Source of the DNA: a virus
IMG/VR virus record: IMGVR_UViG_3300008954_000022
Coordinates: 31,673 to 95,672 of that record
Length of the DNA stretch: 64,000 nucleotides
Direction: 5' to 3' (one strand)
Part shown: positions 36,976 to 46,769 of the stretch, piece by piece
Position numbering within the stretch: position 1 is the stretch's first letter
Layout of the letters: every line of letters starts with the position of its first letter
Notes under the pieces: generated by a model
What the model was told of the DNA's origin: nothing
The model's database searches: none
The model's input: the letters and a program-made list of their open reading frames with translations, nothing else
Position numbers and translations under genes: made by a program

Positions 36976-39900
36976 ATGGCAGATCTCGGCAACCAGCTTA
37001 AGATACAGCAAGAGATAAATAAGACGCTCCAGGATCGTGAGAAGATCCTGAAGAAGCAGTCGAAGTATCTGGACAGCCAGGCTCGCATCGCGATGGAGCT
37101 CTGCAAAGCTCTCAAGTGCGATGAGCTGGATAACATGGAGGATCGCCTCAACAGCGTTCAGGCAGGACTCCAGCAGGCAGCGTCAGACGCGCAGCGGTTC
37201 GGTACCGATACCACAACAGCTATGAACAACGCCGAGGACTCCGCCGGAGGATTCCTCGATAAGGTAACAGCTGCCAAGGGTGCTGCAGTGGGCCTCGGTG
37301 TGGGTCTTATCTCGGGCTTCAAGGGAGGCCTGGGTCTCATATCTGCGATGGGCAAGGGCCTCTTCTCCATGACCAAGAGCATGGGACAGCTGGCAATGAC
37401 TGTTCTCATGACGCCCTGGAAGATCTTCTCCGGTCTGCTAGGCATGGCACAGTCAGGCGGCGGCGGCGGCTCACCCATTAGGGAAGCATTGGAGGAAATT
37501 AGGGGGGAGATGGGATCCCTCGCCACCAATGAGGGAAAAGCACTCAAAAGCACCCTGGGCGACATTAATGCTCAGTCGGGCAACCTCGCTGGCACCGGTC
37601 TATCTCTGGGCAAAGTGTTTGGCTACGGCCCTGAGGGCGTTGCAGCAATGCTCAAGGAGAACCTCGAGCTAGCCAAGGGGATGGGAAATGCCTTCTCCGG
37701 TCTTAAAGACGTGGTGGAGAAGAATTCAGTTGCGCTAGCAATGTATCGCAAGGGCTTGGGCATGACTGCTGAACAGCAGGGTGTCATGATGAAATTGGCC
37801 AAGGCCCACGGCAAGGATGTGATGGAGGAACAGACAAAGTTCGCCTCCATGGCTATCAATATGGGCAAGCAGTTCGGGGTCAATGCCAAGGTAGTTTCCA
37901 AGTCCATGTTGACAATGAAGACGGACGTGTCCAACTTTGGTTCTATGTCCCGAAAGGAGCTGGCAGCAACTGCGGTCTATGCCACCAAGCTGGGTATGGA
38001 TATCAAGGACATGATGGGAGTTATCGACAAGTTTGATAACTTCGAGGATGCCGCGCAGGGTGCAGCCCAGCTCTCTCAGGCCTTCGGTATGAACGTCGAT
38101 GCGATGAAGATGATGAATGCTCAGAGTCCTGCTGCGCGAATTGATATCCTGCGCAAGTCCTTCTTCGAGGCCGGTAAGTCCCTCGAGGGCATGACCCGAC
38201 AGGAGAGGAAACTTCTAGAACAGCAGACCGGCTTGACCGGTGCAGCTCTAGACGCAGCGTTTGCCAATGAGAGCATGGGAACTTCCTACGAGGACATCAC
38301 CGCCGGCGCAGAGGACGCTGAGGCCAAGCAGCTAACGCAGGCTGAGGCCATGAAGGAGCTATCTGATTCTATTAAGAAGATGACCCAGAGCGGTTCATCC
38401 AGCTTCACGGGATTCTTCGATGCCTTTGCCAAGGGCTTCGAGCGGGGTATCAAGCGGAGTAAACCGTTCCGGAAGATGATGCGTAACATTCGAAAGTCGC
38501 TGAGGATTGTGCACAGGGCAGGCATTCAGGTCGGCAAGATGTTCGTCAAAATGTTCCCCGGTGTCAAGAAGCTGATGACCGGATTGTCAGACATGTTCGA
38601 TCCAGCACGCTTCTCCAGACTGATGACTAAGGTCAAGCGAATCTTTAAGAACTTCTTCCGGGATCTCAAGAGTGACCCCAAAGCGGGAGTCGATAATTTC
38701 ATCAAGCATATGACCAAGGCCTTTCACGGCTTCTTCAAGAGTGGTGGAACTGCCGGCAAGAAGGTGATGGAGGGTGCCAAGACCATGGCTAAGACCATGT
38801 GGGCAGTCTTCAAGGTTGTGATGATTAAGGCCGCCGAGGGTCTGGCCATGCTCCTCGACATGATATCAGATAAGCTGAAGAACGGCTTCAAGGGAGGTGG
38901 AGCGGTCGCCTCCTCGATAGGTAAAGCGCTCAAGAGTCTGGCACAGTCCATTGGGCAGCTTCTGCTCACAATGTGGACTATAATCAAGCCCTCCCTAATC
39001 AAAATGTTCTTGACCCTCTTCGAAAAGGCCAAGCCGATTCTGATGAAGGTCGGCGGTGCCATTCTGGCCATTGTCATAGGCAAGATGATTCTCACTGCTG
39101 TTATCAATGCCCTGTCTGGCGCTGTCGTTGCCAAGGGCGCGCAGTTAATTGGTAAGGGTCTCAGTAAGATGATGGGCGGTGCGACACCTGATGTCCCAGG
39201 AGGGCCTGGCGGCCCATCGGCCCTGGGCGATACTCTCAAGGAGGGTTTCTCTGGTTTAGCGTCTGGTATGAAGGCCTTCATGGCGAAGATTGCCGAAATT
39301 CCGTTCAAGGACATTCTCATGGCCGGCGTGAAGATGACCTTGATAGCTATAGCATTCCTCCCGGCAATGGCAGTGCTTGCCCTGGGTGTGCTGATGGTGA
39401 CTGCAATTATCAGCAAGATGCCTATTAAGCAGGTGCTGGGAGCCATGGTGGCCTTCACACTGGCAGTTGTCGCTATGGCTGTTGTCGCACATGTGGGAAG
39501 CAAGATCCCAATGGGCGCGATCGGTATGGCTATGGTCGGCTTGATTGGTGCGGCTTTACTGATGGCGACCGCGGGTGTTGTCTTCGCAATGACACTCCGT
39601 GTGATATCCAAGGTTTTCAAGGGTGTTCCATGGAAGGACGTTGGCCTCGGTATGCTTGCACTGGCAGTTTCAATTGCTGCTGTTGCTGCAATGGCTTGGA
39701 CCGCGCTGCTTCTTAATCCAACAGTTGTTGCCGGCGGCCTGATGGGACTTGGGGGTGGAGTTCTCTTCACCCTGGCTCTTGTGGGCTTTGCAATTGTCAT
39801 GGCTGAACTTGGAAAATCATCGGCATTTAAGACAATAGTCACAGAGCTTCCGAACTTGATTAAGGGCTTCGCCGGCATAGCAGCTATCATGCTTCTCATT

Positions 39901-42696
39901 GCAGCTACAGCATGGGCAGCAATTGCCGCCGGCGCCCAGGGTTGGTTGGCCATTATTCCGCTAGTGGGGGTGGCTGCATTCACCGGCGCACTCATGGCTG
40001 TTGTCCTTCTGTTGTCGGGCTTCGAGGTTGTGTCCAAAAAAGTCACCAACTGGGCGAAGCTCGCCGGGACCTTCACCGCCCTTGCAGTAGTTATGGGTGC
40101 CATGATATTGATGGCACTGGCCTCAATCGAGGTGGGAACCCTGGCCTTTTACGCTACCCTGGGAACACTTGGAGTCGCTGCTTTTTCGGTGGCACTAGCA
40201 GAGATCGCTGTGCCAGCCTTCGCAATAATGTCAACAGCTTCAAAGAAGGTCGCGTGGGGTGACCTGGCCAAGACCTTCTTAAAGCTGGTGGGAATCTTTG
40301 GTGCGATCGCAATCATCGCTCCCATCGCAATCTTTGCCGGAGTCGCAGCAGGATATGCTGCACTAGCAATGGGAGGAATAGCCTTATTTGCAATGGCCAT
40401 GGCCATCCCCGGCGGCCTGATCTGGTCCCTGGGTGTTATGACTGAGACCCTCAAGGCCGCCAAGTTGGACTGGGGAGCGCTAGGCAAGACATTCCTACAG
40501 CTGGTGGTGATATTCGGAGCGGTTGCAATTCTGGCAGTCATTGCAGTCACCGCCGGAGTCATCGCAGCTATCGGTGCCTTTGGCCTTCCGCTAGTGGCAG
40601 GATTCATCTGGGGCGTGGGCAAGTTCCTGGGCCCGGCACTCGAATCCTTCAACAAAAACATGGGACCATCACTCAAGAAACTCGCCACTCTGGTGTCTGG
40701 ACTCGAGGCCCTTGCCCTACTCTTCGGCGTCCTGGTGATGGTGGGCGCCGCGTCGATCGCGCTGGGATCTGTATTTCTCGCCCCCCTCATAGGCGTCATA
40801 GCAGTTGCTGGATTCGCTGCTATTCTCCTGCTCGCCCAAGGCCTTAAGAAGTTTTTGGGACCTGCTATCACAGCAATTTCCGAGATAGAGATGGGGGACG
40901 CCGGCACGTTCAAGCAGAAGCTTGAGGCAATCGGCCCGCTGATGGATATGATATCAGGCCTGGGATCGATAGTGTCTGGGATGACCGATGTGGGGGGCGA
41001 CGCTGAGGGTGCCAAGGGTGTCCTGGACTCAGCAGCGGGTTTCATGGACTCCATGCTTGGAGGCCTCGAGGGACTCATAACAAAGATGACCTCAACATCC
41101 CTCACGCCAAAGCAGATTAAGGGTGCCATGATAATTGCTGAGATCATGGGTCCCGTCGCAGATCTGTTGAAGGCTATGAAGCCCGACCCGGAGATGTTAA
41201 AATCCCTGAGGAAAGAGGGAATGTTTAGCTCGAAGTTCGATCCCGAGGCCCTGGATGCCACATCGAAGTTCATGAGTACTATGATGAACTCAATGGCACG
41301 TGGAATATCGAGGATCATGACCACCGTCAAGAGAATTGCCAAGTCACTCAATAAGAAGACTGCCCTTAAGATAAAGGGAACCCTTCCTCTGATTGCAGAC
41401 TCTATAAAGCTGTTAGGCGACATGTCCAAGGCCTTTAAGGACGTCGGTCAGATTGTTCCCGGCAAGGGAGACCCCTCGAAACGCCTCTCATCGACGATCA
41501 AATTTATGTCTGGAGTTATGGACGCGATGCTGGGCAAGGGTACTGGAACCGGCCACATACAGAAGGTGTTCGACGCTGTGAAGAAGATGGCATCCGGAAT
41601 GAAAGACAAACACATAGGAGAAAAAATCAAGGTCATTGGCGACGCGATGGGTATCTTAGGAAAGTTTTCCAAGGTAATAGGGGACATGAGAAAGCTGCTG
41701 CCCAAGAAGTCGAAGACAATGTCTATGACTAGATCGATGGAACTTGTGTTTGGCAAAGACGGCCTCATTGCGAAGATAACAGAGTCCCTCGCCGGCACCA
41801 AGGATAATCCCGGAGCAATGGGTAAGGTCCTGACTTCGATCCTCGACATGGCCAAGGGTGTAGACCTGAAATCGGGGTTGGGCAAGAAGATTAAGATTAT
41901 CGCGGATGCCTTTGGTATCGTGGGCTCCTTCGCCGGCGCAATCGGCGAAATGGCAGGATTCATGCCCCCGGCCGGGAAAGTTCCCGGGAACTTCGACGAG
42001 AGGGTCAAAAGCGCTATGGATCTTATCACGAATCTCTCCAATACAGTATCCACACAGATGACCAAGGTTCTGAAGGGCATCATCGGTATGGTAAAGGGGA
42101 AGGGGGTCTCCGACGTCTACAAGTACCGGCACTCCCTCAAGGCCCTGCCTGACGCCTTCAAGGCCATGGGTGAGTTCACCACAGCCCTGGGCAAAGTCAA
42201 GGAGATTGGCGGCGGTGACTCAAGTAAAGCAGCCACCGAGATATCGACGCTAGCCAAGGTATTCACAGGCGACGCAAAGACCGATATCATCAACGCCGTC
42301 AAGGCGATGGGTGATATCGGAAAAGTTGTTGCCAAGCAAAGGGGCAACTTCCACATCAAGTCAATGACTAACCTCGGAAAGTTCATCGACACCACAGTGG
42401 GAACCATCGAAACGATGAAACCCAACCTGGCTGAGAAGGTGACAGCCATTAAGGACTCTTTCGCAGAGTTAGAGCAGGAGATGAGGAACCTGGGCCCAGG
42501 AGGAAATTCTCCCGATCTCCTCGCGGTCATCGATATTGGCAAGAGCCTCTCCAAGGGGAAGAAGCTCACAGTGACACATGAGAATGTCAACGTGAACCTC
42601 CATGTCAAGGTTGTCATGACAGCAGAGAATGTGGCCACTGCGCTGGTTAACGCCAATGTTGGACTCGTAACAGCTGGTAACAAGTCAGCTCCGTAA
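36976..42696 (+). CDS. Tape measure protein
   Basis: 1906 aa, Ala/Gly/Met/Lys-rich and predicted helical, with a long central hydrophobic repeat region. It follows the tube and chaperone genes. Confidence 0.85.
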   Translation: MADLGNQLKIQQEINKTLQDREKILKKQSKYLDSQARIAMELCKALKCDELDNMEDRLNSVQAGLQQAASDAQRFGTDTTTAMNNAEDSAGGFLDKVTAAKGAAVGLGVGLISGFKGGLGLISAMGKGLFSMTKSMGQLAMTVLMTPWKIFSGLLGMAQSGGGGGSPIREALEEIRGEMGSLATNEGKALKSTLGDINAQSGNLAGTGLSLGKVFGYGPEGVAAMLKENLELAKGMGNAFSGLKDVVEKNSVALAMYRKGLGMTAEQQGVMMKLAKAHGKDVMEEQTKFASMAINMGKQFGVNAKVVSKSMLTMKTDVSNFGSMSRKELAATAVYATKLGMDIKDMMGVIDKFDNFEDAAQGAAQLSQAFGMNVDAMKMMNAQSPAARIDILRKSFFEAGKSLEGMTRQERKLLEQQTGLTGAALDAAFANESMGTSYEDITAGAEDAEAKQLTQAEAMKELSDSIKKMTQSGSSSFTGFFDAFAKGFERGIKRSKPFRKMMRNIRKSLRIVHRAGIQVGKMFVKMFPGVKKLMTGLSDMFDPARFSRLMTKVKRIFKNFFRDLKSDPKAGVDNFIKHMTKAFHGFFKSGGTAGKKVMEGAKTMAKTMWAVFKVVMIKAAEGLAMLLDMISDKLKNGFKGGGAVASSIGKALKSLAQSIGQLLLTMWTIIKPSLIKMFLTLFEKAKPILMKVGGAILAIVIGKMILTAVINALSGAVVAKGAQLIGKGLSKMMGGATPDVPGGPGGPSALGDTLKEGFSGLASGMKAFMAKIAEIPFKDILMAGVKMTLIAIAFLPAMAVLALGVLMVTAIISKMPIKQVLGAMVAFTLAVVAMAVVAHVGSKIPMGAIGMAMVGLIGAALLMATAGVVFAMTLRVISKVFKGVPWKDVGLGMLALAVSIAAVAAMAWTALLLNPTVVAGGLMGLGGGVLFTLALVGFAIVMAELGKSSAFKTIVTELPNLIKGFAGIAAIMLLIAATAWAAIAAGAQGWLAIIPLVGVAAFTGALMAVVLLLSGFEVVSKKVTNWAKLAGTFTALAVVMGAMILMALASIEVGTLAFYATLGTLGVAAFSVALAEIAVPAFAIMSTASKKVAWGDLAKTFLKLVGIFGAIAIIAPIAIFAGVAAGYAALAMGGIALFAMAMAIPGGLIWSLGVMTETLKAAKLDWGALGKTFLQLVVIFGAVAILAVIAVTAGVIAAIGAFGLPLVAGFIWGVGKFLGPALESFNKNMGPSLKKLATLVSGLEALALLFGVLVMVGAASIALGSVFLAPLIGVIAVAGFAAILLLAQGLKKFLGPAITAISEIEMGDAGTFKQKLEAIGPLMDMISGLGSIVSGMTDVGGDAEGAKGVLDSAAGFMDSMLGGLEGLITKMTSTSLTPKQIKGAMIIAEIMGPVADLLKAMKPDPEMLKSLRKEGMFSSKFDPEALDATSKFMSTMMNSMARGISRIMTTVKRIAKSLNKKTALKIKGTLPLIADSIKLLGDMSKAFKDVGQIVPGKGDPSKRLSSTIKFMSGVMDAMLGKGTGTGHIQKVFDAVKKMASGMKDKHIGEKIKVIGDAMGILGKFSKVIGDMRKLLPKKSKTMSMTRSMELVFGKDGLIAKITESLAGTKDNPGAMGKVLTSILDMAKGVDLKSGLGKKIKIIADAFGIVGSFAGAIGEMAGFMPPAGKVPGNFDERVKSAMDLITNLSNTVSTQMTKVLKGIIGMVKGKGVSDVYKYRHSLKALPDAFKAMGEFTTALGKVKEIGGGDSSKAATEISTLAKVFTGDAKTDIINAVKAMGDIGKVVAKQRGNFHIKSMTNLGKFIDTTVGTIETMKPNLAEKVTAIKDSFAELEQEMRNLGPGGNSPDLLAVIDIGKSLSKGKKLTVTHENVNVNLHVKVVMTAENVATALVNANVGLVTAGNKSAP

Positions 42697-42727
42697 TGTC
42701 TATAGTTAGTAAGGTAGAGAGGAAATC

Positions 42728-43060
42728 ATGAGTGACCCTTCCAAGCTGAGAAAATTTCCCGACCCGGACATTCCTAACGCCGGAAAGACCCTCGATGATC
42801 TAAAAGCTAATACGGACACAGGGAGCTCCCCGGGGACAATCCTCGGTGCAGTCCTCGGTGAGGGGGTCGAGCCTGATGCACGTGCGTACATGGAGGCGCT
42901 GCTGCAGGACACGTGTGCTGTTGCTGACGCCCTTGAGCACTCGATCCAGGAGATAGCCAAGGAGACGGGTGGCCTCGAGAAGCTCCACTCAATGCTCTAC
43001 GATGCACTTGCAGGACGACCGAGCGCTGAGTCACTGAGAGGAGATGACGATGGCGAGTAG
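42728..43060 (+). CDS. Hypothetical protein
   Basis: GAGGA SD sequence; ATAGTTA at 42702-42708. Confidence 0.5.
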   Translation: MSDPSKLRKFPDPDIPNAGKTLDDLKANTDTGSSPGTILGAVLGEGVEPDARAYMEALLQDTCAVADALEHSIQEIAKETGGLEKLHSMLYDALAGRPSAESLRGDDDGE

Positions 43061-46000
43061 AGATGGAGGAGATGACGACAGAGGAGATCTCTCAGGAGTC
43101 AGATCAACCTGGAAGATGATACCGGATGAGGCCACCGGCGACGTAAGGGGAATGAAGCCCCGATCAAAAGGAAGGCCACCCACACTGTCAGACTATCTCG
43201 CTGACAGAACTGCCGGCGGCGCAGAGTACGGTGACAGACAGCGACCAGGCGGAAATAAGAATCGCTTTCAGGTGAAGCCTCCAGGGAGTGAGCAAGAGAC
43301 AATAAGTCATCAGAATGACGGCATGCCCTCAGAGCTCAAGCCCGCAAGTACCACCGATCCCGACAAGGCCGGTGAGGAATGGGCATCATCCGGGCACACG
43401 ATAGGCACCTACATGGACCTGGTTCGTGACGTTCAGGACCAGGGAGCAGACACTAACTTCGTTCTCTTGAGCACATCTGACTATGGTGGAGCAGAGAATC
43501 CCTTCACTGGGATTCTGGAGAAGAACTCACAGCAGCAGGGGCACACCCTCCTACCCTCCATCAAGCCTATCCTTGACGGAGGAAGACCTGGTGCACCCAA
43601 CGTGGACGGTGTGAGCCCACCTGATGATGCCCCGGAGATCCAAAAGAAGATATCGATGGTGCTCAAGAACAACAGGTTCTCGCCGGAGAAGGACACCCCG
43701 TTCATTGAGAATCACACCCAGACTCATATGGGATTCACCATACAGAACACGTTGGGCACATATACCCCGGGTCAAAGCTTTGTTAGTTCAGCGCATGGAA
43801 TCCTTGGCGGCGATGGTGAACGTGCTGAGCTTATGAATATTGGCCTGGCCCTGATGATCAATGCCACTGGTGAAGCGCCGTGGGGCGACGATGCCTTTGT
43901 TGGACACGACCCCGCAGATACGACATCAGACACAGTTCTGCTTCCAAGCTTCACACAGCTGGGAGCCAAGAAGGTGGCAACCGACAAGCTTCGGGCCCAG
44001 TACGCTTTCGGCGCCGGCGCTGTGGGAGGCGATCCGCCGGCTGACTATATCAGCTTAGACAATCAGCAGTCCTACGGACAGCTAAACTCCTACCTTGAGC
44101 CTTTCGACGGCCCCCTTCCGCTGGCAATGGTCGTGCAGTGCTTGGCGGGTGTCGCTGTGTTAGTAGGTTTTTCAGCACTGCTCTCCTTAGTCACCGGTGG
44201 ATTCAAGAACGGCGGTTCAATTGAACATGTTCCAGATCCTAAGGGCCTATCGATGGGGCACCACAAGACTCCTAATTTTGGCATGGATTTCTTGAGTCTC
44301 TTAGGAATCCCTAAGACGAACAATCACTTTATGGGTTGTATGTTTGAGGGAATTTGTGCGTTCTACGGCATCCCAATTCACCCGAAGAAGCTTGCAAATC
44401 CGGTGACTGCTATTGATATCGTGGTCAATCTCGCCATGGCACCGGGCTACTATGCCGGGGTCACGAGGGCAGTTGTCCGAGATGTGGAGCAGATAATTGA
44501 CGCCTTTAAGGGGTTCGCAAATCCGATGAGTGGTATATCAGGAGGCATAACCCAGGTGGTCAAGGTTATCGAGTCAATTGTTACCTCCACCACTTGGAAG
44601 TTTCTGATGACCATGGTGAAGCTGGGCGACATATCAATTGATGCTGTGACAGGTCACCCACGCATAGGTGGAGATATCGATTCGATCGCGGAGACGGCTG
44701 TGACTCGTGTGAGAAAGAGTAGAGTAACTGTTGGTAAGCGGTCGATGATGGCGTGGCGCCACTCCTCCAGCCCAGCTAGGTACCTCCTTCCTGCCAGCTT
44801 TTCGAAGGCAAGGCACCTCTTTGATGAAAAAATGATCCCAACATCGAACAACTCCAAGACAGTTGACATGTCTATGGGCCCGTCCACTAAGAGCTCCACG
44901 CCTGACGAGTCCGGAAACGAGACCGGCCTGGGATCGGGTAGAAAGAAGTATGATGGGGCGGCATCCGATGTAAAAGGTCGCTTGTCCGGGGAGTACGTGG
45001 AGTGGATTGAGAATCAGCTAGAGTCTGAGTACATGCCCTTTTACTTTCACGACCTCAGGACCAATGAGATTATATCGTTTCACGCTTTCATTGAGTCAAT
45101 GTCAGACGGATTCTCTGTGGATTATTCGTCCACAGCTGGCTATGGACGAGTGGACGAGGTGAAAGTGTACAACAAGACTTCCCGATCTATCTCAATGACC
45201 TTCTCCCTTATTGCGACGAGCAAGGATGATCTGAGCATAATGTACTACAACGTCAACAAGCTGGTCTCAATGTGCTACCCACAGTGGTCCCGCGGCCGGG
45301 CCCAACTAGGAAGCGATTCAGGGGGCAATGAGTTCAAGTTTATACAACCCTTCTCACAGATTCCCACCGCGTCGCCAATGATCAGGTTGAGGTTGGGTGA
45401 CTGGTTCAAGTCCAACTACTCAAAGTTTGGCCTGGCGCGCCTCTTCGGAGCCGGCGCAGATGGAATGCTCGAGACTGATCTCACAGCGGAGCAAGGAGCA
45501 GCAAACATCAAAAAGGCCAAGGAGGCCCAGGACGAGGCCGAGAAGTGGCAGGCGAAGAAGCTGATTGACCCCCTCGAGTCAGGAGACAACACTAATGGCT
45601 TCGTCAAGGGTGATAAGGTGGCGTGTCAGGTGTCAAGAGGCTACATGAATCCCAAGAATAAGGACGGCGAGCATCCCGACAAAAAGGACAAGGCACAGAA
45701 GAAGTGGCTTAGAAGAGTGAAGTGTCCGGACACTATTACTGGAGTGATCGAGGTCGGAGCCGATGGCAATCTGGAACCCCTCAAGAAGACGAGGAAAGAT
45801 AAAATTAAGGACGAGAACGGGAAGGAGGCGGACAAGGATACACCCATCGCAGTCTATCGGGTTAAGGTGGACGACGACTATTTTCCAGAGGGCTGGTCTG
45901 ATGAATTCAGGTTTGCTCACATCGATCACTCGATGAGCGGGGTACCCCACGCCGCTTTCGTAGAGTATAAGACCCAGAAGTATAATGATAAGAGCCCAGC

Positions 46001-46463
46001 TACACCGGGTGATGCGAAGCCCCTAGAAAATCGAAAGAAGTTTCTTATTGATAACCCACTGGCAAAGGCCTTTGAGTCTACTAGGGGAAGAGGCCTGGCG
46101 GGCTTTATAACACAGATGGACTTCGATCAGGCTGAGGCTCCGTGGGAAATTGAGATGGGCTTTAGGGCACCCCAGATGCTAAAGGTGTCAATTAGCTTTG
46201 CCCCGGTTCACGATCTCGCTCCAGGTCTGGATCATGACGGCATGATGACTGCTCCCGTGTACAACATTGGCACTGCTGTCGGTAGTATTGGGCGGGATCC
46301 CCACTATCATGATGGGTTCTTAGGTGATAGGGATAGCATAAATAATCCTGCTGTGAAGGACCAGGCTGAGGCCTTCGGTGCCGCTGGTGCCAGCGAGAAG
46401 GAACCCGGCTCTAATCCAAGTGACGACGACGGCAGTGGTGGTCTCCTCGGCGGCTTGATATAA
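43050..46463 (+). CDS. Large baseplate/tube-initiator-type protein
   Basis: The C-terminal half has a tube-initiator-like pattern (FHAFIESMSD.F...Y....GYGR.D.V..Y..TSRSISMTF ... GFITQMDF....PWEI..G.RAPQ...VSISF..VHD). GAGGAG SD favours ATG 43050. Confidence 0.55.
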   Translation: MASRDGGDDDRGDLSGVRSTWKMIPDEATGDVRGMKPRSKGRPPTLSDYLADRTAGGAEYGDRQRPGGNKNRFQVKPPGSEQETISHQNDGMPSELKPASTTDPDKAGEEWASSGHTIGTYMDLVRDVQDQGADTNFVLLSTSDYGGAENPFTGILEKNSQQQGHTLLPSIKPILDGGRPGAPNVDGVSPPDDAPEIQKKISMVLKNNRFSPEKDTPFIENHTQTHMGFTIQNTLGTYTPGQSFVSSAHGILGGDGERAELMNIGLALMINATGEAPWGDDAFVGHDPADTTSDTVLLPSFTQLGAKKVATDKLRAQYAFGAGAVGGDPPADYISLDNQQSYGQLNSYLEPFDGPLPLAMVVQCLAGVAVLVGFSALLSLVTGGFKNGGSIEHVPDPKGLSMGHHKTPNFGMDFLSLLGIPKTNNHFMGCMFEGICAFYGIPIHPKKLANPVTAIDIVVNLAMAPGYYAGVTRAVVRDVEQIIDAFKGFANPMSGISGGITQVVKVIESIVTSTTWKFLMTMVKLGDISIDAVTGHPRIGGDIDSIAETAVTRVRKSRVTVGKRSMMAWRHSSSPARYLLPASFSKARHLFDEKMIPTSNNSKTVDMSMGPSTKSSTPDESGNETGLGSGRKKYDGAASDVKGRLSGEYVEWIENQLESEYMPFYFHDLRTNEIISFHAFIESMSDGFSVDYSSTAGYGRVDEVKVYNKTSRSISMTFSLIATSKDDLSIMYYNVNKLVSMCYPQWSRGRAQLGSDSGGNEFKFIQPFSQIPTASPMIRLRLGDWFKSNYSKFGLARLFGAGADGMLETDLTAEQGAANIKKAKEAQDEAEKWQAKKLIDPLESGDNTNGFVKGDKVACQVSRGYMNPKNKDGEHPDKKDKAQKKWLRRVKCPDTITGVIEVGADGNLEPLKKTRKDKIKDENGKEADKDTPIAVYRVKVDDDYFPEGWSDEFRFAHIDHSMSGVPHAAFVEYKTQKYNDKSPATPGDAKPLENRKKFLIDNPLAKAFESTRGRGLAGFITQMDFDQAEAPWEIEMGFRAPQMLKVSISFAPVHDLAPGLDHDGMMTAPVYNIGTAVGSIGRDPHYHDGFLGDRDSINNPAVKDQAEAFGAAGASEKEPGSNPSDDDGSGGLLGGLI

Positions 46464-46478
46464 TGGGGTTACCAACTA

Positions 46479-46769
46479 ATGTCTAGATACAGCAGAACAG
46501 GACTCACAGCGGGAGGCAAGAAGCAGAGGACATCTAATGTCCACTGGATGATTCGTCGAGCTGCCCTTCGGGGGACGATCTCCTGCACACCCTGGATTGT
46601 CAAGGAGGGCGAGCGCCTGGACACCATAGCAGGAAGGGTCTACGGTGACGGCACACTGTGGTGGGCGATCGCTGCGGCCAGCGCTGTGGGCTGGGGCCCA
46701 CAGGTCCCGCCAGGAACCAGGCTTCTCGTGCCAGATGACATCGGAGCTGTAAGGGCTATTACCGGATGA
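46479..46769 (+). CDS. LysM-like baseplate wedge protein (gp53/gpX-like)
   Basis: IVKEGERLDTIAGRVYGDGTLWWAIAAAS..G...VPPGTRLLVP. Confidence 0.8.
   Translation: MSRYSRTGLTAGGKKQRTSNVHWMIRRAALRGTISCTPWIVKEGERLDTIAGRVYGDGTLWWAIAAASAVGWGPQVPPGTRLLVPDDIGAVRAITG

Noticed and set aside
37158-42683. Long minus-strand ORFs (459 aa, 426 aa, 211 aa and others)
   Set aside because: Antisense shadows of the tape measure gene caused by codon bias; no motifs or SD sequences.
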